From Silvanigrellaceae bacterium (GTDB lineage Bacteria; Bdellovibrionota_B; Oligoflexia; Silvanigrellales; Silvanigrellaceae): a stretch of DNA of 13,013 nucleotides. The notes below the pieces were generated by a model. It searched no databases and was not told where the DNA came from. It worked only from the letters and a program-made list of their open reading frames with translations. Location of the stretch: the NCBI GenBank assembly GCA_049423385.1, contig JBMSQQ010000095.1, positions 1 to 13,013 of the forward strand, in the 5' to 3' direction. Positions 7,688 to 13,013 of this stretch are shown one piece after another (within the stretch, counting starts at the first letter, position 1; each line of letters opens with the position of its first letter). The position numbers were made by a program, and so were the translations under genes.

Positions 7688-10479
7688 GGTTCGAGTCCCA
7701 GATTGCGCACGCGATTGAGGATTTCGGGAAGCTGCATTTGATCTTCCTTGTAGTCGGTGGTCAACAGGGCGTACATCATGTTGATGAACGAGCGGCTGCG
7801 ATAGTCATCGTCGCCTACAAAGCAATCTCCACCCTCGCTTGAGTAGGTCAAGAACCGTGCCGGCGTGACGATGCCCATCGGTGATTGGGCATTGACCTTC
7901 TTGCGCAGAGTGAGCAACAGTGTTCGTTCCGGTGAACAGCCATCGAACGAGGACAAAAGATAGAAACTTCGGTACAGGAGCCCACGTCGCTTTGGATTTT
8001 CCCACCCCAAGCCAATGCTCGGATCTGCCGTGCTCAACATCCATTCGGGAGTCTGTTTGAGGGTGATGCCCTCTGCGATGACAACTCCTCCGGATCGGAT
8101 GTGTTGGGTGACCGGCGCGGCCTGCAATGCCTCAAGTGAAGACGTCCACCAGATTTCAGATGCACCCAGTCGACACGCGCCTGGAGTCAGCTCGGATGGC
8201 AGCTCTATGGTTCCGCGCCCGGCAAGCATGGCCTGTAGCTGACGATATCGTGCCCTGACGGGATCGGGAACTGTTGCATCGCACCATCCAATACGGAAAG
8301 GGTGAGAAACAATTTCGGGACGGTTTCCCGAAAATCTTTGCATGTTGCGTGAATCAAGCGGCAGTCGACCTTTGGTTTGTGCAAATGCCGGTTGCGCCCA
8401 AAAGCCGGACAACAGGATGCCCAAAAGCAGTGCCGCTGTCCTTCCAGAAAGATGTTGTTGATGTTTCTTGAATTGGAGGAACCACAAGGCGGCGATCGAG
8501 AAAAAGGCGAGGCAGCCACCCATCCACTGAAAAAGACTTGTCGATGAAGTTTCGCGGTTTTCAATCTCCCGGCCAATTTGGGATTGTGGGAAAAGCTGTT
8601 CAATTTCGGCAATGGAAAGCGACTCCGAAATACGCTCCGATGGAGGTGGTTCAACCAGAACCATGTGGTCATCCCGCTCACGGATGAGCAGTGAAGGACG
8701 AGGTTCGATGGCAGAATTTTTATCTTCAACGATGCGTGCCTTGAGGTTTTGACCGTCGATGATGTAGCGGAAGCCAGGATTCTGTAATTGCTTCTGTTCC
8801 TCGAACCATTGCGTCCATTCGTCTGGATTCCTGAGCTGGAGCACGCTCAACATGGGTGAATTGTTTTTGAGCCGACCGCTCAGCGTCGACCACATTCCTG
8901 CCCATTTCCCCCAACGTCCAAGCTCACCGTTTGGCGCAGCACCGCTGGTGCGCAGGTAAACCACGGGAGGCTGGGCAGACAACGCAAAAGCCATCGGTGT
9001 GCCATCGGCAGCCTTCAAGATGACGTTGCTGTTTTCGACTCCAGTCTGGGAAATTGGTTTGGCACGTGGCATTGTTCCGTTGCCTTTGAGTTGCCATGGA
9101 AAAATCAGTTGTGCGGGTGGCAAAGGCAACAACGGGAGTCGAACCGTGGGTTGATTGGCATCGAGCTGCACCGCAATATTTTCCAAAAGTGTTTCCGTCC
9201 CTGCAAGTCGGGTGTCGGCGATATAGACGAGAGCGTCATTTTCAGGCGAGAAACCCTCTGGAGTCCAATACATTCCTTGCTGAAAAAGTTCACCGGCAAC
9301 AGTTTCGTTCACCGGAACAACCCAGATGGACGCACGCCGGTATTTCCACGGATCCGAGCCATCAAGCGCATTCGAACTCGTGGAACTCTCTGTCGAGCGA
9401 CAAGACATCGGACGAATCGGGACGTGAAAGAATTGCGCATAGGCACGCAGGTCAGACAATCCATCGAGTTCGCTGGGCCCAGCGACCGACAAAGTGCACG
9501 TTGTCATCAACGGCGCTGGGCCGGATGACACGTTTCCGGTTTCTTCGCCGGTTGATTCCGAGCTGCTGATGATTGCCAGTTTTGGAATTTTTGAACTTTC
9601 GTTTTCACCGGGATCCTCGTCCTCCAGAAACAGTGTCGGGCGAGCTTGCCTTGGAATGCGGCCAGCGAGTGCCGGATCGATCTTCAAAAGTTGAGGTGTG
9701 CCTGGCATGACTCCTGAGTTGTTTTCCTGATTGGCCGCCTGCCACAGCATGGCCAACTCCTCTGGCACCAATGGAGTTCTGTTGATGACTTGTTTGCGGT
9801 CTGCTTCGCTGGTGGGTGTTAGAATCACGCCGACTGACAAGAACGACGAGGCGAGCGAGGCCAACGGATGAAGAGTCTCGGCTTGTGCATCGGTGACCAG
9901 GGTCAGTCGCGTTTCTGCGACGTTGAGTTTGTAATTCTTTTCCAACGATTGGAGCAAACGGCGTCCATCCAGTGGTTGTGAAAGTGCCGTTGGTTTGGAC
10001 AGCGATGCCAGAAGGTGTTCCTCGAGTCCCGATGCAGGAACCTTTATCAGTTCAAAGGTCGGCATGGGAATTTTTTCCTCATTCAACTGGAATCCGGATT
10101 CGATGAAGAGGTATTCGGAAAGATGCAGATTTTTGAGTTTCTCGAGGACAACTTCGCGTGCGGTTGCCGAGGCTCGCAATGAACGGATGTGTGAAATTGT
10201 CGGGTCGAACCAAACCAGGCCATCACCTTTTGAACGAAGCGACGAGGCGTCCTGTTGCTTCGAGAAATAGGCAAGAGCAGCTCCGGCAGTGAAAAGCAGT
10301 ATAGCCAACAATTCCCACCAGACAGGTGGCTTGGTTTTGATCCTGTCCAGGTGCTTTCGACTCAAGACTCCCAAAAAGTAACTGGGAATCCTCATGGTCT
10401 CGGGGTTCAATCTCTGGATGAAGAGGATGCCTATCGTCACCAGTGAAACCAGCGAGGACAGCAGAATGATGTTGATCAT
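7684..10479 (-). CDS. BatA-like N-terminal double-TM / vWA-like / C-terminal DUF4159 membrane protein (931 aa)
   Basis: ATG 10479 overlaps the DUF58 stop (ATGA), so it is preferred over the track start at 10569. N-terminal TM-[IPSYFL]-TM (PPVWWELLAILL) BatA pattern and a vWA-like LTLVTDA. The C-terminus carries DUF4159 motifs LYRSFYLL and INMMYALLTTDYKEDQMQLPEILNR. Confidence 0.8.
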   Translation of the reverse strand: MINIILLSSLVSLVTIGILFIQRLNPETMRIPSYFLGVLSRKHLDRIKTKPPVWWELLAILLFTAGAALAYFSKQQDASSLRSKGDGLVWFDPTISHIRSLRASATAREVVLEKLKNLHLSEYLFIESGFQLNEEKIPMPTFELIKVPASGLEEHLLASLSKPTALSQPLDGRRLLQSLEKNYKLNVAETRLTLVTDAQAETLHPLASLASSFLSVGVILTPTSEADRKQVINRTPLVPEELAMLWQAANQENNSGVMPGTPQLLKIDPALAGRIPRQARPTLFLEDEDPGENESSKIPKLAIISSSESTGEETGNVSSGPAPLMTTCTLSVAGPSELDGLSDLRAYAQFFHVPIRPMSCRSTESSTSSNALDGSDPWKYRRASIWVVPVNETVAGELFQQGMYWTPEGFSPENDALVYIADTRLAGTETLLENIAVQLDANQPTVRLPLLPLPPAQLIFPWQLKGNGTMPRAKPISQTGVENSNVILKAADGTPMAFALSAQPPVVYLRTSGAAPNGELGRWGKWAGMWSTLSGRLKNNSPMLSVLQLRNPDEWTQWFEEQKQLQNPGFRYIIDGQNLKARIVEDKNSAIEPRPSLLIRERDDHMVLVEPPPSERISESLSIAEIEQLFPQSQIGREIENRETSSTSLFQWMGGCLAFFSIAALWFLQFKKHQQHLSGRTAALLLGILLSGFWAQPAFAQTKGRLPLDSRNMQRFSGNRPEIVSHPFRIGWCDATVPDPVRARYRQLQAMLAGRGTIELPSELTPGACRLGASEIWWTSSLEALQAAPVTQHIRSGGVVIAEGITLKQTPEWMLSTADPSIGLGWENPKRRGLLYRSFYLLSSFDGCSPERTLLLTLRKKVNAQSPMGIVTPARFLTYSSEGGDCFVGDDDYRSRSFINMMYALLTTDYKEDQMQLPEILNRVRNLGLEP

Positions 10480-11369
10480 TGTCGCACCTGCGGACCTGAG
10501 AGTCTGATTGAGAGTTCGCGGCTCAGGTGATCCACGTCCTCTTCCGGATTTGTCGACAAACATGTCCAACCGACGTTTTGCAGACGTTCATGAAGGTCTG
10601 CAAGCTGCGCCCGAAGGTTTTCAAAATAGCCGGGGCCTGAGTGCCATTGGGTGCTTTGAGGCGACAGGGAAGGAGTCAACTCTTTGCTGTCCGGAGGTAT
10701 GAATGCGAGTGAATTGTTTTCATTGTCGGGCAACGTATCGGCTGATTCCAGTGGGTCACGAACCACTACCGCCATGCCTCGGCGCACGCGTATCAGGTTT
10801 ATTGCTGCGGTCAGGTCGCGGGCAGATGCAGCCATGGATGACGGATTGAACAAGACATCACTCACAACGTAACAAAATTGCGATCGTTTGATTCTGGCTG
10901 TCAGCCGAGCCATCTGTTGCCCAAGCTCGCGCTCGTGGATCACGATGATGTCGACCTTTTGCGCGTTTTGTTCGTGGAGCATCTGCAACATTCCGGCAAC
11001 AGCCCAGGCCAGTTGGTGTTTCGTGGGCAGTTGTTCAGAGGATCTGAAATTCATGCTCGGGTAGTTGTGGACGACAATGCTGACGTGAAACCTTCCGGGC
11101 GAAACGTCTGTGCGGGTGAGCAACTGATCCTGCAAAAGCCAGTGCCGCAACGAGACGCTGCGCATGGGATCACCTGATTCATAAGGTCTGAGTCCGAGTC
11201 CAAGACGGTTTGGGCTTCGCTGCGGATGATAGTCCAGCGCAGCTTGTAGATGTCCACGCATGGAGCGCAGCTTGCAACGGATTGTCGCAGGAATGGCCGC
11301 TCCAGGGTTGCGCACATGGAGAGTGTCTGTGTTTTGCGGGAAGGCTGTACAGAGCTCGGCTAATTTCAT
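10476..11369 (-). CDS. Divergent DUF58 family protein (297 aa)
   Basis: LRPYESGDPMRSV (family pattern R.Y.PGD..R.IDW), then SMNFRS...TK, YVVSDVL and VRDPLE. ATG 11369 is preferred over the track start at 11426, which would leave no room before the divergent ilvA start. Confidence 0.75.
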   Translation of the reverse strand: MKLAELCTAFPQNTDTLHVRNPGAAIPATIRCKLRSMRGHLQAALDYHPQRSPNRLGLGLRPYESGDPMRSVSLRHWLLQDQLLTRTDVSPGRFHVSIVVHNYPSMNFRSSEQLPTKHQLAWAVAGMLQMLHEQNAQKVDIIVIHERELGQQMARLTARIKRSQFCYVVSDVLFNPSSMAASARDLTAAINLIRVRRGMAVVVRDPLESADTLPDNENNSLAFIPPDSKELTPSLSPQSTQWHSGPGYFENLRAQLADLHERLQNVGWTCLSTNPEEDVDHLSRELSIRLSGPQVRQ

Positions 11370-11397
11370 ATTCTCGCCATGGTAAGGGTTTGCGAAA

Positions 11398-11426
11398 ATT
11401 GAAAAGCAAGTCGAAGGGAACGTCAA
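11398..11426 (-). promoter_or_regulatory. Candidate sigma70-type promoter for the DUF58 operon
   Basis: On the minus strand, TTGACG (11426-11421), a 17-nt spacer, then TTCAAT (11403-11398), within the 59-bp divergent intergenic region. The -10 element is imperfect. Confidence 0.3.
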
Positions 11427-11428
11427 CC

Positions 11429-12742
11429 ATGACGCCAGAGTTGGCCCGGGTGTTGGGCGAGGCGACGGTGCCGGATTTGAAGGACGACCAAGCGCTGTTG
11501 GCGAACATTTCCGATGCCTGCGCGATTGTCAGCAAATACATGCATCCGAGTCCATTGCGTTATTCGAACTGGCTCAGCGAGGAGCTGGGGATTCCCGTTT
11601 GGCTCAAACTTGAATGTTTGAATCCCAATGGATCTTTCAAGGTGCGCGGTGCACTCGTGGCGATTGCCAGACGATTGCTGCACCATGATGCATCAAAAGG
11701 TCCATTCAAGGTTTGTGCCGCCTCTGCGGGCAATCATGCACAGGGTGTGGCTCTGGCAGCAAAGCTCATGGGTTGCGAGGCCCACATTTTTCTTCCCAAG
11801 CGCACGCCGCTCGTCAAGCGCAGCGCAACAGAACGATTGGGTGCCAAGGTGTACCTTGTCGGGGATGTTCTTGAAGAGGCATTTGAAGCCGCCCTTAAAT
11901 TTTCCCATCAGGAAAATGCGCAATTTCTGCACGCGTTCAATGATTTTGATGTTGTGTTGGGGCAGGCCACATGCGCAACCGAGATACTTCAGCAATTTGC
12001 GGTTGAGTGTCCGAATGTTCCGGTGGGTCAGCTCGATTTTATTGGTTGTGTTGGCGGAGGCGGATTGGTTTCCGGAGCTGGTTTGGCGTTTCGACTTGCG
12101 AAAGCGGGGCGTGTTTTTGGTGCCGAGCAGGAGTTTTATGATTCCGCGGCCCGGAGTCTGCACGAAAAGCAGCGCCTGCCCGTTTCCCACTCCGGCAAGT
12201 CGACGATTGCCGATGGCATCGCTGTCCGCCTGATTGGCAACCTCAATTACGAGATCATGTCGCAGACGCTCGAGCGGGTATTGCTTGTCAGCGATGACGA
12301 TATTGTTGCGGCGTTGCTGGGGCTCGTGGAGCGTGAGCACGTGGTTGCAGAGCCCGCTGGAGCGGCGGCCATTGCCGCGGCGCGCAAGAATCCCGGCGTT
12401 TTTGAAGGTCGGCACCTCGTTCTCACAGTCAGTGGTGGCAACATCGACCCACAAATGCTCTCGAGGGTCATCACCCGGGGATTGGGTGTCACGGGGCGTA
12501 TGCTCAAGATTACGGCACGCATCGGTGACAGGCCCGGCCAGTTGAAGCATTTGCTGGAAAAAATTGCCAGTGTCGACGCAAACGTCCTTGAGGTTTATCA
12601 TGACCGGACGTACGCCCAGGTCAATGTCGGCGATGTTGAAGTCGAGTTTGCTTTGGAAACGCGTGGATTTGAGCACCAATACGAGTTACTGGAAGTTCTC
12701 GAAGAGGCTGGTTTCAGTCCCAAGATCAGGCATGGTGCTTGA
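11429..12742 (+). CDS. ilvA: Threonine ammonia-lyase (threonine dehydratase), medium form with one C-terminal ACT domain (437 aa)
   Basis: PLP-lysine motif KLECLNPNGSFKVRGA, plus ASAGNHAQGVA, VGGGGLVSG, TIADGIAV, AEPAGAA and SGGNID. ACT domain DRPGQL...ANVLEVYHDR. AAGGGA precedes ATG 11429; the track start at 11210 overlaps the DUF58 gene. Confidence 0.93.
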   Translation: MTPELARVLGEATVPDLKDDQALLANISDACAIVSKYMHPSPLRYSNWLSEELGIPVWLKLECLNPNGSFKVRGALVAIARRLLHHDASKGPFKVCAASAGNHAQGVALAAKLMGCEAHIFLPKRTPLVKRSATERLGAKVYLVGDVLEEAFEAALKFSHQENAQFLHAFNDFDVVLGQATCATEILQQFAVECPNVPVGQLDFIGCVGGGGLVSGAGLAFRLAKAGRVFGAEQEFYDSAARSLHEKQRLPVSHSGKSTIADGIAVRLIGNLNYEIMSQTLERVLLVSDDDIVAALLGLVEREHVVAEPAGAAAIAAARKNPGVFEGRHLVLTVSGGNIDPQMLSRVITRGLGVTGRMLKITARIGDRPGQLKHLLEKIASVDANVLEVYHDRTYAQVNVGDVEVEFALETRGFEHQYELLEVLEEAGFSPKIRHGA

Positions 12743-12782
12743 TTCGCAGAGTCAACCAAGGCTTTGCAGGGCAGGTGGCTGA

Positions 12783-13013
<231 letters not shown>

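Noticed and set aside
9370..9630. Ser/Glu/Thr-rich patches in the DUF4159 protein as tandem repeats
   Set aside because: These are low-complexity linkers with no repeated nucleotide unit.
10480..10569. 30-aa N-terminal extension of the DUF4159 protein
   Set aside because: It lies within the DUF58 gene. ATG 10479 gives an ATGA overlap and begins directly with the BatA-like TM segment.
11210..11428. ORF-track N-terminal extensions of ilvA (from 11210) and DUF58 (from 11426), suggesting overlapping divergent genes
   Set aside because: Downstream ATGs at 11429 and 11369 give family-typical lengths and remove the overlap.
11693..12679. 328-aa minus-strand ORF
   Set aside because: It is fully antisense to a well-conserved ilvA and has no recognisable motifs, so it is a shadow ORF.

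Overview
A gene-dense bacterial window with three parts. (1) 1-5254 (+): a tightly coupled four-gene operon of uncharacterised envelope proteins. It encodes a Cys-rich lipoprotein (5'-truncated by the window edge), a probable 8-stranded outer-membrane beta-barrel, an exported helical/TPR-like protein, and a single-pass inner-membrane protein with a Pro/Lys linker and an AgmX/PglI/TonB-C-like C-terminal domain. Together these resemble a minimal trans-envelope machine with the architecture of the Myxococcus Glt complex, and this is the best candidate for an undescribed system. (2) 11369-5260 (-): a convergent operon of DUF58, BatA-N/vWA-like/DUF4159 and vWA/Ig/class-I-GATase-like membrane protein genes, followed by a small, possibly frameshifted ORF. 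This gene set normally follows a MoxR AAA+ ATPase, but no moxR is present here and all three MIDAS-like motifs look degenerate. (3) 11429-13013 (+): ilvA-type threonine ammonia-lyase with one ACT domain, then the 5' end of a YumC/TrxR-like ferredoxin-NADP+ reductase missed by the ORF track. I saw no RNA genes, CRISPR arrays or mobile elements. The gene content suggests a Gram-negative host such as Bdellovibrionota/Oligoflexia or Myxococcota, but this is inference only. Several ORF-track starts are corrected. Family calls come from motif recognition, not database searches.
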